DNA of 64,000 bases from Alphaproteobacteria bacterium (GCA_965214705.1 OZ243972.1:1344001-1408000), one strand, 5' to 3'; positions 28,306 through 39,028 are shown, numbered from the stretch's first letter. The notes: a model not told the origin generated them from the sequence alone. Program-made: numbers and translations.

Positions 28306-28946
28306 ATGCCCCGCATCGTCGAGACCACGGTCTACACCATCGAAGAGCTGTCCGAAGCGGCCAGGCAGCGCGCCCGCGCGTGGTATCGCGAGACCTGCCT
28401 CGATTACGAGTGGTACGACTTCGTCTACGAGGATTTCCAGGCCATCTGCGAGATCCTCGGCGTAACACTCCGCACCAGCCCCGTGTGTCTCCATGGCCGC
28501 GGAACGCGTCAAAAGCCGCACCTGTACTTTCGTGGCTTCGCCAGCCAGGGAGACGGCGCGAACTTCGAAGGCTCGTACAGCAACGCCTGGGGCGTCGCCA
28601 GAGCCATCCGCGCGCGCCGCAGGACGCCGAGCTGCACCGCATCGCGGACGAGTTGCAGGCGGTGCAACGGCGCAATTTCCATGCCCTTGCCGCCACGATC
28701 CGCCCACACGGCCGCTATTGCCACGAGTACACCATGGCGATCGACGTCGAGCGCCACAGCCCGCACTGGCAGCCACCCACGGACGGCGCGCAAGACACGG
28801 TGATCGAGGCCATGCGCGACCTCGCGCGCTGGCTCTACCGCCAGCTCCGGCAGGAGTACGAGCATCTGACCTCGGACGAAGCGATCGACGAAACCCTCGC
28901 TGCCAACGAATGGACCTTTACGGGCGGCGGCGAGCGCTTCGGCTGA
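28306..28946 (+). pseudogene. Frameshifted conserved plasmid/ICE protein (family often mis-annotated as 'antitoxin of TA stability system')
   Basis: VYTIEELSEAARQRARAWYR...FRGFASQGDGA continues in another frame as APQDAELHRIAD...EYEHLTSDEA; shift near 28615. Confidence 0.7.
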
Positions 28947-29153
28947 CCCGGCCCGGCTCCGTTCCCGCGGCATCCGCCATTCCGGATCGGGATTCCGGCC
29001 GCTGACCCACCGCGCGGCCTGACCGCCTCATCGCGCCACGCCCCGAGGAGCACGGGTGGCGGCGGCGGGACAGGCCGGACGGAGCGTTGCGGGAGAATTT
29101 TCCTGCGCCGCTCCGGTGCCGGCTTCCCCGCAGCCCCTCACCGGAGCCCTCTC

Positions 29154-32100
29154 ATGCTCGACGCCCACCCGGCGCCGGCCGCGCCCGCGCGTCCGCCCAC
29201 CGCCGCACTCCCCGCCACCGCGCCGCAGCCCGCCTCCGCGCCCACAGCCTTGCTCACCGCGGCCCGTACGCTGCTGCCCGTCCTGGAAGCCGGCCGCCCG
29301 CTCGATGCCCGCACGCTCCGCAATGCGATAACGGGGGCCTTCGGCGCTTCCGACGCGGACGGCGCCTGGCTCTGGAAGGATTCCTACGAGGCGGCCGAGG
29401 CCGCGCTGGTGCTGTTCCTCCAGCGCTACGGACGCGCCATGCGGCGCGAGGCCGGCGCCGGTCCCGGCGGCTCCGCCGCCATGCTGCGGATGCTGGAGAC
29501 CCTGGCGGCCCTGGAGCCCTCGCAGACGCGGCGCTCCGAAGAGCAGCTCAAGTATCAGCAGTTCTCGACGCCGCTGCCGCTCGCCTACGCCGCTTTGCAG
29601 GCCGCGATGATCCGTCCCGGCGACGTCGTGCTCGAACCGTCGGCGGGCACCGGGATGCTGGCGGTGATGGCGCAGCTTGCGCTCGGCAACGCATCCGCCG
29701 GCGCGCTGCACCTCAACGAGATCGCCGCCACCCGCGCGGGCCTTCTCGCTGGGCTGTTTCCGGGTAACACCGTCACCCGCCACAACGCGGAGTCCATCAG
29801 GGACCGGCTGCCGGAACTGCGCCCCACGGTGGTGCTGATGAACCCGCCCTTCTCGGCGAGCCCGGGCGTGGACCGCATCCGCCACCACGCGGATCTCCAT
29901 CACATCCGCTCGGCCTTCTCGATGCTGCCGCCGGGCGGGCGCCTGGTCGCCATCTCATCTTCTCATTGCGTCCCCGGCGATGCCGCGTGGCAAGACGCCT
30001 TCGCCTCCCTCGACCCGCCGGCCCATGCGGTGTTCACCGCGCCCATCGACGGGCGCGCCTACGCAAAGCGCGGCACCACCTTCGACACCCGCCTCACCGT
30101 CCTCGACAGGGGCGGGGAGAAGCCTTCGCGGGTCTATGCCGGCCATCCCGTGCGCGACGCCGGCCATTTGCTGCAGGCGGTCACCGGCACCGTGCTGCCC
30201 CGGCGCCCCATCGAGCCCGTGCCCGGAGCGGACCTGTTCGGCCAGGCGCCAGCACCGTCGAGACGGTCCCGGCCCACACGGGCCAGGCGCATCAGGACCG
30301 CCCCGGAAGAGGCCCGGCCCCACGACTGGGGCCCGGTCGCGGAGCTCGCATACGAGGCGGTGCCGGCCGGCGCCGGTTCCGCCGGGGCCGCTCATCCCTC
30401 CGGCCCCTACGCACGATGGCGGGCATCGTGCATCCACGTGCCCGGCGCGGTCGAGCACCCGACGCCGCTGGTGCAGTCCGGCGCCATGGCAGCGGTGCCG
30501 CACCCCATGCCGTCCTACCGCCCGATGCTGCCGGAGAAGGTGGTGACCGAGGGGCTGCTGTCCGACGCCCAGCTCGAGAGCGTCATCCTCGCCGGCCAGG
30601 CGCACGAGAAGCACCTCGCCGCCGAGTACCGCATCGGCGCCGGCTGGGAGACCGTACGGCGCGTCGACGCCGACAGCGACGGCGACAACGATGCCGCGCC
30701 GGAGTCAGACGACGACGGCAAGACCGTCGACGCGGACGAGCCGCTGTCCGATCCGGTCCGCTTCCGGCGCGGCTGGATGCTGGGCGACGGCACCGGCTGC
30801 GGCAAGGGACGGCAGGTCGCCGCCATCGTCCTCGACCAGTGGCTCAGGGGTCGCAAGCGCGCGCTCTGGCTCTCACAGTCCGACAAGCTGCTGGAGGACG
30901 CGCGCCGCGACTGGTGCGCCGTCGGCGGGCGCGAGGACGACGTCATCCCCCTCGCCAAGGTTCGCCAGGGGGCCGAGATTCCCCATGCGCAAGGAATCCT
31001 GTTCGCCACCTATGCCACGCTGCGCTCGCCCGCCCGGCAGGGCAAGCCGTCACGCCTCGACCAGATCGTGGGTTGGCTCGCGGACGGCGGCGACGAGGAG
31101 GAGCGCCACGCATATCAGGGCGTGATCGTCTTCGACGAGGCTCACGCCATGGCCAACGCGGCGGGGTCGAAGGGATCGCGCGGCGAGGTGAGGCCGTCGC
31201 AGCAGGGTCGCGCCGGCTTGCGGTTGCAGAACGCGCTGCCCGACGCCCGCATCCTCTACGTCTCCGCCACCGGCGCCACCACCGTCCCTGGCCTCGCCTA
31301 TGCGCGGCGCCTCGGGCTCTGGGCCTCCGGCGAGACCCCGTTCGAGACCCGCACCGCCTTCGTCGCCGCCATGGAGGCGGGCGGGGTGGCCGCGATGGAG
31401 GTGGTAGCGCGCGACCTCAAGGCCCTCGGTCTCTACCAGGCCCGGGCGCTCTCCTACGACGGGGTCGAGGTCGACATCCTGGAGCACCCGCTCACGCCGG
31501 AGCAACGGCGCATCTACGACTCCTACGCGGGCGCCTTCAAGATCATCCACCAGAACATCCAGGAGGCGCTGAAGGCGACCGGGATCGTCGACGGGGACTC
31601 GACGCTCAACAAGAACGCCAAGTCCGCCGCGCTCTCGGCCTTCGAGGGCGCAAAGCAGCGCTTCTTCGGCCACCTGCTGACCTCCATGAAGTGCCCCTCG
31701 CTGATCCGCGCCATCGAGGCGGATTTGCAGGAAGGGCGCTCCGCCGTGGTGCAGCTCGTCTCCACCGGCGAGGCGCTGATGGAGCGGCGCATCGCCGAGA
31801 TCCCGGCGTCGGAATGGGACGACCTCTCCATCGACCTGACGCCGCGCGAGTACGTGCTCGACTTCCTTGAGCACGCCTTCCCGGTGCAGCTGCAGGAGCC
31901 CTTCGAGGACGATGACGGCAACCTCATGTCGCGCCCCGTCTTCGACGCCGACAACAACCCGGTGCTCTGCCAGGACGCACTGGCGAAGCGCGACGCGCTG
32001 ATCCAGAAGCTCGGTGCGCTGCCCCCGGTGCAGTCGGCGCTCGACCAGATCGTTCACCGGTTCGGCCACGACGCGGTGGCCGAGATCACCGGGCGTTCGC

Positions 32101-33662
32101 GCCGGGTGCTCAGGATCGAGGACGCCAGGGGCGAGCGCCTCGCACTCCGCTCGCGGCCCGCCTCCGCCAACCTCGCCGAGACCGCCGCCTTCATGGACGG
32201 GAGCAAGAGAATCCTGGTGTTCTCGATGGCGGGCGGCATCGGGCGCAGCTACCACGCCGATCTCGGTTGCCCCAACACCGAGCGCCGCATTCACTATCTA
32301 CTGGAGCCCGGCTGGCGGGCCGACCAGGCGATCCAGGGGCTGGGCCGGACCCACCGCACGCACCAGGCGTCCGCGCCGCTCTTCCGCCCCGTCGCCACCG
32401 ACGTGAAGGGCGAGCGGAGGTTCATCGCCACCATCGCGCGGAGGCTGGACAGCCTGGGCGCCATCACGCGGGGGCAGCGGGATTCGCAGACCGCCATGGG
32501 CGGCGGCGACACCGCGCTCTTCAGGGCGAGCGACAACCTGGAGAGCCTCTACGCCAAGTCCGCGCTCAGGCAGTTCTACATCGCGCTCTGGCGCGGCAAC
32601 ATCACGGGCTGGTCGCTCGCGGACTTCCAGGAGGCCACCGGGCTCAAGCTGGTCTACGAGGGCAACCTCAAGGAGGACCTGCCGCCCATGCCGCAGTTCC
32701 TCAACCGGCTGCTGGCGCTCCCCATCGACGAGCAGAACCAACTTTTTGGGGCTCTGGAGACGCGGATCGAGGCCAACATCGAGATCGCCGTCGAGGCCGG
32801 CACCTTCGAGCGCGGCGTCGAGACCATCGTTGCCGACTCGCTCTCCGTCGCCTCCCGCGAGACCGTGTTCACGCACGAGGGCTCAGGCGCCGAGACCGAG
32901 ATCGTCGAGATCGCGCGCAAGGACCGGCTGGAACCGCTCGGTGCCGATGCGGCGATCGAGCTCCACGCGGCCACCTCCAGCAAGCCGCCGCTCCTCATCG
33001 TCAACGGCCAGTCGAAGCGGGCGGCGCTGGTCATGGACGCGCCGTCGCGCACGCTCGACGACGGCGACGTGCAGGAGCGTGTGCGCCTGGTGCGTCCCGC
33101 CATCCGCGAGACCGTCGCCCGCAATGCTCTGGAAGCCTCGCAGTGGCGCGCCGCCGACGAGGACCGCTGGCGCGCCCTCTGGGACGCGGAGATCGCGGGC
33201 CTGCCGTCGAACAGGGAGTCCCGGTTCTGGCTTGTCGCGGGCCTGCTGCTGCCCATCTGGGACCGGCTGCCCGACGAGAGCATGCGGGTCCGCCGCCTGC
33301 TCTGCGACGACGGGGAGCACCTGATCGGCCGCGTGCTCGGCCCCGCCGAGCTCGGCGACTTCCGCGCCGCGCTCGGTCTCGACGGCGGCCCCGGCCTCAC
33401 CGCCGCCGAGGTCCACGACGAGATCATGGTGCGGGGCGCGTCCTTCCCCCTCGCCAACGGCTGGAGGCTCGCGCGCCGCCGCCTCATGGGGGCGATGCGC
33501 ATCGAGGTCGAGGGACCCGCCGACGGCGATACCGACGCGCTCAAGCGCATGGGCTGCATCGCCGAGATCGTCTCATGGCGCACCCGCCTGTTCGCGCCCG
33601 ACCGCGCAACGCTGGAGCGCATCGTCGAACGCTGGCCCGTCGCGGCGCCGGAGGCGTCCTGA
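29154..33662 (+). CDS. Strawberry-notch-family methyltransferase/helicase
   Basis: VLEPSAGTG and NPPF (amino-MTase); GDGTGCGKGR, DEAH, YVSATGA, QGLGRTHRT (SF2). Confidence 0.93.
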   Translation: MLDAHPAPAAPARPPTAALPATAPQPASAPTALLTAARTLLPVLEAGRPLDARTLRNAITGAFGASDADGAWLWKDSYEAAEAALVLFLQRYGRAMRREAGAGPGGSAAMLRMLETLAALEPSQTRRSEEQLKYQQFSTPLPLAYAALQAAMIRPGDVVLEPSAGTGMLAVMAQLALGNASAGALHLNEIAATRAGLLAGLFPGNTVTRHNAESIRDRLPELRPTVVLMNPPFSASPGVDRIRHHADLHHIRSAFSMLPPGGRLVAISSSHCVPGDAAWQDAFASLDPPAHAVFTAPIDGRAYAKRGTTFDTRLTVLDRGGEKPSRVYAGHPVRDAGHLLQAVTGTVLPRRPIEPVPGADLFGQAPAPSRRSRPTRARRIRTAPEEARPHDWGPVAELAYEAVPAGAGSAGAAHPSGPYARWRASCIHVPGAVEHPTPLVQSGAMAAVPHPMPSYRPMLPEKVVTEGLLSDAQLESVILAGQAHEKHLAAEYRIGAGWETVRRVDADSDGDNDAAPESDDDGKTVDADEPLSDPVRFRRGWMLGDGTGCGKGRQVAAIVLDQWLRGRKRALWLSQSDKLLEDARRDWCAVGGREDDVIPLAKVRQGAEIPHAQGILFATYATLRSPARQGKPSRLDQIVGWLADGGDEEERHAYQGVIVFDEAHAMANAAGSKGSRGEVRPSQQGRAGLRLQNALPDARILYVSATGATTVPGLAYARRLGLWASGETPFETRTAFVAAMEAGGVAAMEVVARDLKALGLYQARALSYDGVEVDILEHPLTPEQRRIYDSYAGAFKIIHQNIQEALKATGIVDGDSTLNKNAKSAALSAFEGAKQRFFGHLLTSMKCPSLIRAIEADLQEGRSAVVQLVSTGEALMERRIAEIPASEWDDLSIDLTPREYVLDFLEHAFPVQLQEPFEDDDGNLMSRPVFDADNNPVLCQDALAKRDALIQKLGALPPVQSALDQIVHRFGHDAVAEITGRSRRVLRIEDARGERLALRSRPASANLAETAAFMDGSKRILVFSMAGGIGRSYHADLGCPNTERRIHYLLEPGWRADQAIQGLGRTHRTHQASAPLFRPVATDVKGERRFIATIARRLDSLGAITRGQRDSQTAMGGGDTALFRASDNLESLYAKSALRQFYIALWRGNITGWSLADFQEATGLKLVYEGNLKEDLPPMPQFLNRLLALPIDEQNQLFGALETRIEANIEIAVEAGTFERGVETIVADSLSVASRETVFTHEGSGAETEIVEIARKDRLEPLGADAAIELHAATSSKPPLLIVNGQSKRAALVMDAPSRTLDDGDVQERVRLVRPAIRETVARNALEASQWRAADEDRWRALWDAEIAGLPSNRESRFWLVAGLLLPIWDRLPDESMRVRRLLCDDGEHLIGRVLGPAELGDFRAALGLDGGPGLTAAEVHDEIMVRGASFPLANGWRLARRRLMGAMRIEVEGPADGDTDALKRMGCIAEIVSWRTRLFAPDRATLERIVERWPVAAPEAS

Positions 33663-33755
33663 CCGTCCGCTTCCGGCGTCGATCCCACCGTCGGCGCACC
33701 TTGCCGCCCGCCTCCGCGCGGGCGGCTCCGCCCCACCGCAACGAGGACTCCTTCC

Positions 33756-34016
33756 ATGGCCACGCACGAACTACCCGATGAGCCGGTCTTCGCCTTCGCG
33801 CCGGCCTACGAGCTGCCCGACCAGCCGCAGCAGATCCGTATCGTCTTCGAGGGGATGGACGGCTACATACCCACCGCGCTCGTTGCGCTCTCGCTCGCCG
33901 ATGCGGAGACGCTTTGCGACAAGCTTAACCACCGCCTCGGGCTCGACCGAGAGGCGTGGAGCCAGCTTGTCGCGCGCTCCATGGCCGCCGGCCGGCGGGA
34001 TGCCCCACTTCACTGA
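33756..34016 (+). CDS. Hypothetical protein
   Basis: GAGGA RBS; 86 aa. Confidence 0.6.
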   Translation: MATHELPDEPVFAFAPAYELPDQPQQIRIVFEGMDGYIPTALVALSLADAETLCDKLNHRLGLDREAWSQLVARSMAAGRRDAPLH

Positions 34017-34124
34017 GATCCGCACCGCCACCCGTCACCCCGATGCACGCACGAGCGCCACGGTCGCCCCGCCCGTGCGATAAAGCGCATCGTTCGATTC
34101 GACCTCACCGCTGCAGGGATCGCC

Positions 34125-34886
34125 ATGACCCGACACCGCGCCCGCACCGCCGCAGCGATCGCGCTCGCCATCGCGGCCGTCCTCGCCGCCGGCCACGGCC
34201 ACGCCGCCGCCGAAACCTGGAACGGCCTCGCCGTCGCGCCCGAGCACCGCTGCGCGCCCTACGACCGGGGCGACTACCCCTATCCGCAGTCGGTCGAGGC
34301 CGAGATCGTCGCGTCCATGGGGAGCAGGATCTACGGTCCCTATACCGGGCGGCATTTTCGGAGTGCGCGCGAGACCGACATCGACCACGTGGTCGCGCTC
34401 TCGGAAGCGCACGACAGCGGCTTGTGCACCGCCGGCCCCACCGCCCGGCGCCGCTTCGCGTCCGACCTCCTCAACCTCACCCTCGCAGCTCCCGAGGTGA
34501 ACCGCTGCGGCGCCGGCGGCAAGTGTGGCTATGACGCCGCCGGGTGGCAGCCGCCGATGAACCGGTGCTGGTTCGCCGCGCGCATCGTCGCGGTCAAGCG
34601 CAAGTACCGCCTGACCGTCGATCGCCGCGAGGCCGCCGCGCTTGAGCGAATCCTCGCAGGCTGTGGCTCCACCACGATGATCCTGACCGCGCCGGGCGGG
34701 TCCACCGCCACGCCGCGCGAGCCGGCCGCCACCGCCTCCGACGCCCTGTGCCTCTACGACGACAATCGGAACGGCCGAATTACCTGCAAGGAGGCGCGGC
34801 GCCACGGAATTGCTCCCGTGCCGCGCGGCCACCCGGCCTACCAGTTCATGCGGGATGGGGACGGCGACGGGGTGGTCTGCGAGTAG
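34125..34886 (+). CDS. Secreted HNH-type nuclease with C-terminal excalibur Ca-binding domain
   Basis: Signal peptide; DIDHVVAL..NLTLA...VNR; C...HPAY..MRDGDGDGVVCE. Confidence 0.8.
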   Translation: MTRHRARTAAAIALAIAAVLAAGHGHAAAETWNGLAVAPEHRCAPYDRGDYPYPQSVEAEIVASMGSRIYGPYTGRHFRSARETDIDHVVALSEAHDSGLCTAGPTARRRFASDLLNLTLAAPEVNRCGAGGKCGYDAAGWQPPMNRCWFAARIVAVKRKYRLTVDRREAAALERILAGCGSTTMILTAPGGSTATPREPAATASDALCLYDDNRNGRITCKEARRHGIAPVPRGHPAYQFMRDGDGDGVVCE

Positions 34887-34904
34887 TCCCAGCCCGTCCG
34901 GGCT

Positions 34905-35348
34905 TCAGACGTCCAGCCCTCGGTGCCGGCGGCGGCGCGCGCACATCAGCCACGCCGGCAGGCTCGCCGCCGCCGCAACCGTCGCCACGGCAAGCGGCCC
35001 GAATCCCTCCAGCGCCAGCGTTCCCGCCACCGCCCCCGGCCCCAGCACGGCGAAAGCCGTGCAGGCAGCCCGCGTCCGGCCCCGCCGCCACAGCATCATG
35101 CACGCCAGCGCCAGCGGCACGCCTCCCGCCGCGAGCGCCGCCATGTGAGGCCACACGTCGGCATTTGCCGCCAGCACCATGCCTCCGGTCAGCGTCACTC
35201 CGAGGTGGAATCCGGCCGGCAGCCAGAGAACGCAGGCCGCGGCCGCGCCGATCCCCCGAAGCGGAAGCCGGACGCGCCGCCTGCCGCGCCTCCCGTCGAG
35301 GTTCCGCGGCGGGTAGCGAACCAGCGTGAGCGTGACCGGATCGGTCAT
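34905..35348 (-). CDS. Small membrane protein
   Basis: About four hydrophobic segments; weak support. Confidence 0.45.
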   Translation of the reverse strand: MTDPVTLTLVRYPPRNLDGRRGRRRVRLPLRGIGAAAACVLWLPAGFHLGVTLTGGMVLAANADVWPHMAALAAGGVPLALACMMLWRRGRTRAACTAFAVLGPGAVAGTLALEGFGPLAVATVAAAASLPAWLMCARRRRHRGLDV

Positions 35349-35572
35349 TCCAACGACTCTCTCCTTCCCGGCCGGCCGCCGGCTGACCCCCATGTAGTGA
35401 GGCGGACGCCGGGCCGCACTGCCGCAACCGCCGCGCTCCCCCGTTCCCTCCCCATCCGTTGCGATTCCGCCACATGGCCGCCCCGCACAGCCTCGATTCC
35501 GACACCCACGCACCAGCAGGAGAGGTGGAGAGGGGCCTGGTTCGGGCGAGCCATCTCAGGGAGGAGAGCACC

Positions 35573-36121
35573 ATGACACAGCTCGTCTATGCCGGCATCG
35601 GATCGCGCGCCACGCCGCCGCCCGTCCTCGAAGCGATGACCACCATGGCCGCCTGGCTCGCACGCCGCGGCTGGCACCTTCACTCCGGCGGGGCGGCCGG
35701 CGCCGACACGGCATTCGCGGCGGGAGCCCCTCCCGGGCACCGCACCGTGTTCCTGCCGTGGCCCGGATACCGCGGCTGCGGGGGACCCGACTGCCGCACC
35801 CTGCCGCCCGAGCGCATGCGCACCGGCCTCGCCATCGCCGCCGATCTGCATCCCGCCTGGTACCGCTGCTCGCCGGCCGCCCGGACTTTGCATGCCCGCA
35901 ACACCGCGATCCTGCTGGGCGAGCAGGCCGACACGCCGGTCCATGCCGTGGTCGCGTGGACCTCCCAGGGCCGGATTGCCGGCGGCACCGGCCAGGGCAT
36001 CCGCATCGCGCGCCGCTACGGCATTCCCGTGCTGAACCTGGGCTCCATACACCCGCGCGCGGCGTGCGAGCGGCTGGAGGAGATCCGCGCCGCCGCATCC
36101 CCGGTCGCCCCGTCTGGGTGA
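35573..36121 (+). CDS. SLOG/DprA-like protein
   Basis: YAGIGSR.TP, SGGAAGADTAF, LHARN, GGTGQGIRIA..GIPVLNL. Confidence 0.85.
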   Translation: MTQLVYAGIGSRATPPPVLEAMTTMAAWLARRGWHLHSGGAAGADTAFAAGAPPGHRTVFLPWPGYRGCGGPDCRTLPPERMRTGLAIAADLHPAWYRCSPAARTLHARNTAILLGEQADTPVHAVVAWTSQGRIAGGTGQGIRIARRYGIPVLNLGSIHPRAACERLEEIRAAASPVAPSG

Positions 36122-36211
36122 CGGCGGACCCTTGCCGCCGCGGCGGACGATGAGCCCTGGACCGCGAGGCGGAGGGGAGCACCGTCCGGGCGAGTCCGAA
36201 GGGAGGAGAGA

Positions 36212-36541
36212 ATGCCGAACATCGCGAACATGAGGGACCGGCCGGATCTGGTCCGGCTGCTGAACGGACGCACCCGGCACGGCGGCATCGTCCGCATCGA
36301 CCGCCGCACGCGGTGGGGAAATCCGTTCCGGATCCCGCAGCACGGATCCCGCACCCAGGTCATCGAGCTCTACCGCCGCCATCTCTGGCAGCGCATCCGC
36401 GCCGGCGAGATCGCGCTTGAGCATCTGGCGGATCTCCACGCCAAGACCGTTTTTCTCTGCCACTGCCATCCGCTGCCCTGCCACGGGGACGTGCTGGCGC
36501 GGGCGGCCGCATGGGCCGCGGCCCGACTCGGGAGGACCTGA
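36212..36541 (+). CDS. DUF4326-like protein
   Basis: IDRRTRWGNPF, CHCHPLPCHGDVL. Confidence 0.85.
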   Translation: MPNIANMRDRPDLVRLLNGRTRHGGIVRIDRRTRWGNPFRIPQHGSRTQVIELYRRHLWQRIRAGEIALEHLADLHAKTVFLCHCHPLPCHGDVLARAAAWAAARLGRT

Positions 36542-36543
36542 GC

Positions 36544-37104
36544 ATGACCGTCTTCGACCACGGCGCCGCGCTTGTGCCCAACCTCGTTACCGCGGCCGAG
36601 GAAGAGCGCATCCTGCTGCGCATCGCCCAGGCGCCCTGGCTCACCGACCTCAGCCGCCGCGTTCAGCACTACGGCTTCAAATACAACTATCGCGGGCCCG
36701 CCAACGGACGCCACGACCCGGCGCCCGCATTTCCACGCTGGGCCGAGGTCGTCGGGGCCAGACTCGCGCCCTACTTCGACGGGGCCATGCCCGAGCAGTG
36801 CATCGTCAACGAGTACCGGCCCGGCCAGGGGATCGGCATGCACGCCGACCATGCGTCCTTCGGCGACGTGGTGGTCTCGCTGTCCTTGGGCGACGCCTGG
36901 ACCATGAACTTCCGGTCCCGCTCGGCCCGCCCCTACGTCCGCGACGGGCTGGCGTCCGACGAGGTCGCGCTGCTTCCCCGACGCTCCGCCCTCGTCCTGC
37001 GCGGCGACGCGCGCCACCGCCACATGCACGGCATCGACCGCGCCGCCAACGCGCACCGGGCCGCCACGCGAATCTCCGCGACCTTCAGGACGACCTCGTC
37101 GTGA
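36544..37104 (+). CDS. AlkB-like 2OG-Fe(II) dioxygenase
   Basis: RRVQHYG, VNEYRPGQGIGMHAD (HxD), HGI, RISATFR. Confidence 0.9.
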   Translation: MTVFDHGAALVPNLVTAAEEERILLRIAQAPWLTDLSRRVQHYGFKYNYRGPANGRHDPAPAFPRWAEVVGARLAPYFDGAMPEQCIVNEYRPGQGIGMHADHASFGDVVVSLSLGDAWTMNFRSRSARPYVRDGLASDEVALLPRRSALVLRGDARHRHMHGIDRAANAHRAATRISATFRTTSS

Positions 37105-37286
37105 TCTCCACCGACGCTGCCGTCCGTGCCGGCAGCAAGGTCATAGGCTACCCGGCAGCCATCGGGGCGGACGGCGAAGGAGAGGTTGAGGAGAGCTTTG
37201 AGAGGGGTGAACGGGGAGGGGACCGAGAGGGTTCCCGACCCGTTCGTCAACCATCGTCATAAACCAGGAAGCATAGGAGACGAATC

Positions 37287-37745
37287 ATGGCTTTCGGATT
37301 GAACCTGGCCCAAGTGATCGGGCGGCTGGGCGACGACGTCAGCGTCAACCACCTGGCCTCCGGCGGGCGCGTTGCCAACATGAGCATCGCGACCGACGAA
37401 AGCTACATCGACCGGCAGACCGGCGAGCGGGTGGACCGGACGGAGTGGCACCGCTGCGTCAGCTTCCAGAACGGTCTGGTCGACATGCTCGAGAAGCACG
37501 CGAAGAAGGGCCGCCTGGTCTACGTCGCGGGCAAGCTCCAGACCCGGCGCTGGCGCAAGGACGGCGAGGACTCCGACCGGTTCTCGACCGAGATCCTGCT
37601 GGTCCCCGGCGGGCGCATCCAATTCTTGGACAAGCCGGCCGGCACCAACGGCAACGCCGCCCCGGCGTCCAACGGTGAGGCGGCCCCGACCGCCGCGTCC
37701 GGCACCGTGGATCCGTCCGAGGAGTCAGACCCTATCCCCTTCTAG
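37287..37745 (+). CDS. ssb: Single-stranded DNA-binding protein
   Basis: VIGRLG, TEWHR, G.LVYV.GKLQTR.W, acidic tail ending DPIPF. Confidence 0.95.
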   Translation: MAFGLNLAQVIGRLGDDVSVNHLASGGRVANMSIATDESYIDRQTGERVDRTEWHRCVSFQNGLVDMLEKHAKKGRLVYVAGKLQTRRWRKDGEDSDRFSTEILLVPGGRIQFLDKPAGTNGNAAPASNGEAAPTAASGTVDPSEESDPIPF

Positions 37746-37768
37746 CGGGTCCTCCCTCCCGCTGACCT

Positions 37769-37813
37769 GGGCCGGTGCCGCGTCCCTCCCGCGCGGCATC
37801 GGCCCTTCTTCTT
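37769..37813 (+). terminator. Intrinsic terminator-like hairpin after ssb
   Basis: GGGCCGGTGCCGCG...CGCGGCATCGGCCC followed by TTCTTCTT. Confidence 0.6.
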
Positions 37814-38014
37814 GCAGCCCGTCCAGAGCCGCCCCCGCCCGGACGGCACGGCTCGCGCTTCGCGCATCGCCCGCCGTCCCGGCGCCGGCGGGAGCCGGAG
37901 AGGGGCCGAGACCGGGCGTCCCCCCGGCAGCCGCGAGCGAGGATCTCCCATGCCCCCCAGAATTATCCGTCGTCCCGGCTTCGCCAGTGCCGTCATGCGC
38001 GCCGGAGGCGCGCC

Positions 38015-39028
38015 ATGAACGCCACCGCCGTCGCCGCCGCCCTCGGCGCGTGCGCCGAGGAGGTCTGCCGCCGCTACCTCCCCCACGGCCGCAAGCACGG
38101 CCGCTACTGGACCGCCGGCGACGTTCGCGGCGCCCGGGGGCGCTCGCTCTTCGTCCGCCTCGCGCCGCCCGGCGTCCCCGGCAAGTGGACCGACGCCGCG
38201 ACCGGCGAGCACGGGGATCTGCTCGATCTCATCCGCATCGCCTCCGGCGCGGGCTCGCTCCGCGCCGCCCTCGCCGAGGCTCGCGCCTTCCTCTCGCTGC
38301 CTCCCGCTCCCGTAGCCGGCGGCTCCGACTCCTACGACCGGACGGAAGCGGCGCGCCGCCTGTGGCAGCGCTGCCGCGCCATCGACGGCACCCATGCCGA
38401 GGCCTATCTGCGCGCCAGGGCGATCCACCGCTGCCGCTTCCCGGCGCTCCGCTTCCATCCCGCACTCTTCTACCGCGACCGCGGCGGCATGCGCCGCCTG
38501 CCGGCGCTCGTCGCCGCCGTCACCGGCGCCGCGGGGGAACACCCCGGTCACGGCGCCATCACCGGCGTCCACCGCACCTGGCTCGATCCCTCGCGCCCGG
38601 CCAAGGCGCCGGTGGCGCGCCCGCGCAAGGCGCTCGGCCGCGTCCACGGCCTCGCCGTGCGCTTCGGCGCGCCGGCCGCCGGCACGCTGCTGGTGGGCGA
38701 GGGCATCGAAACGGTGCTGTCGCTGGTCACCGCGATGCCGGACACCGTCGCCGCCGCCGCGCTCTCGGCCGGCAGCCTCGGCGCGTTCGCGCCTCCCGCC
38801 GGCCTCTCGCGGCTCGTCATCGCCCGCGACAACGACCCGGACGGCGGACGGGCGGCGGAACGCCTCGCCCGGCGCTGCGCGCGGGCGGGCGTCGCCGCCC
38901 ATGTCCTCGTTCCCGAAGGCGCGGACTTCAACGACGACCTGCTCGCGCTCGGCTCCGCTGCGCTACGCGCGCGCCTCGCGCCGCTTTCCCGCTTCGCGGG
39001 AGAGAGAGGAGAGCAGGAGTCGGTGTGA
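38015..39028 (+). CDS. Toprim-domain primase-like protein
   Basis: GKWTD.ATGEHGDLLD, GVHRTWL, GEGIETVLS, IARDND, DFNDDL. Confidence 0.88.
   Translation: MNATAVAAALGACAEEVCRRYLPHGRKHGRYWTAGDVRGARGRSLFVRLAPPGVPGKWTDAATGEHGDLLDLIRIASGAGSLRAALAEARAFLSLPPAPVAGGSDSYDRTEAARRLWQRCRAIDGTHAEAYLRARAIHRCRFPALRFHPALFYRDRGGMRRLPALVAAVTGAAGEHPGHGAITGVHRTWLDPSRPAKAPVARPRKALGRVHGLAVRFGAPAAGTLLVGEGIETVLSLVTAMPDTVAAAALSAGSLGAFAPPAGLSRLVIARDNDPDGGRAAERLARRCARAGVAAHVLVPEGADFNDDLLALGSAALRARLAPLSRFAGERGEQESV

Noticed and set aside
27626-29026. 13-bp repeat GCGGCCTGACCGC in two intergenic gaps
   Set aside because: Only two copies in very GC-rich DNA; could be chance.
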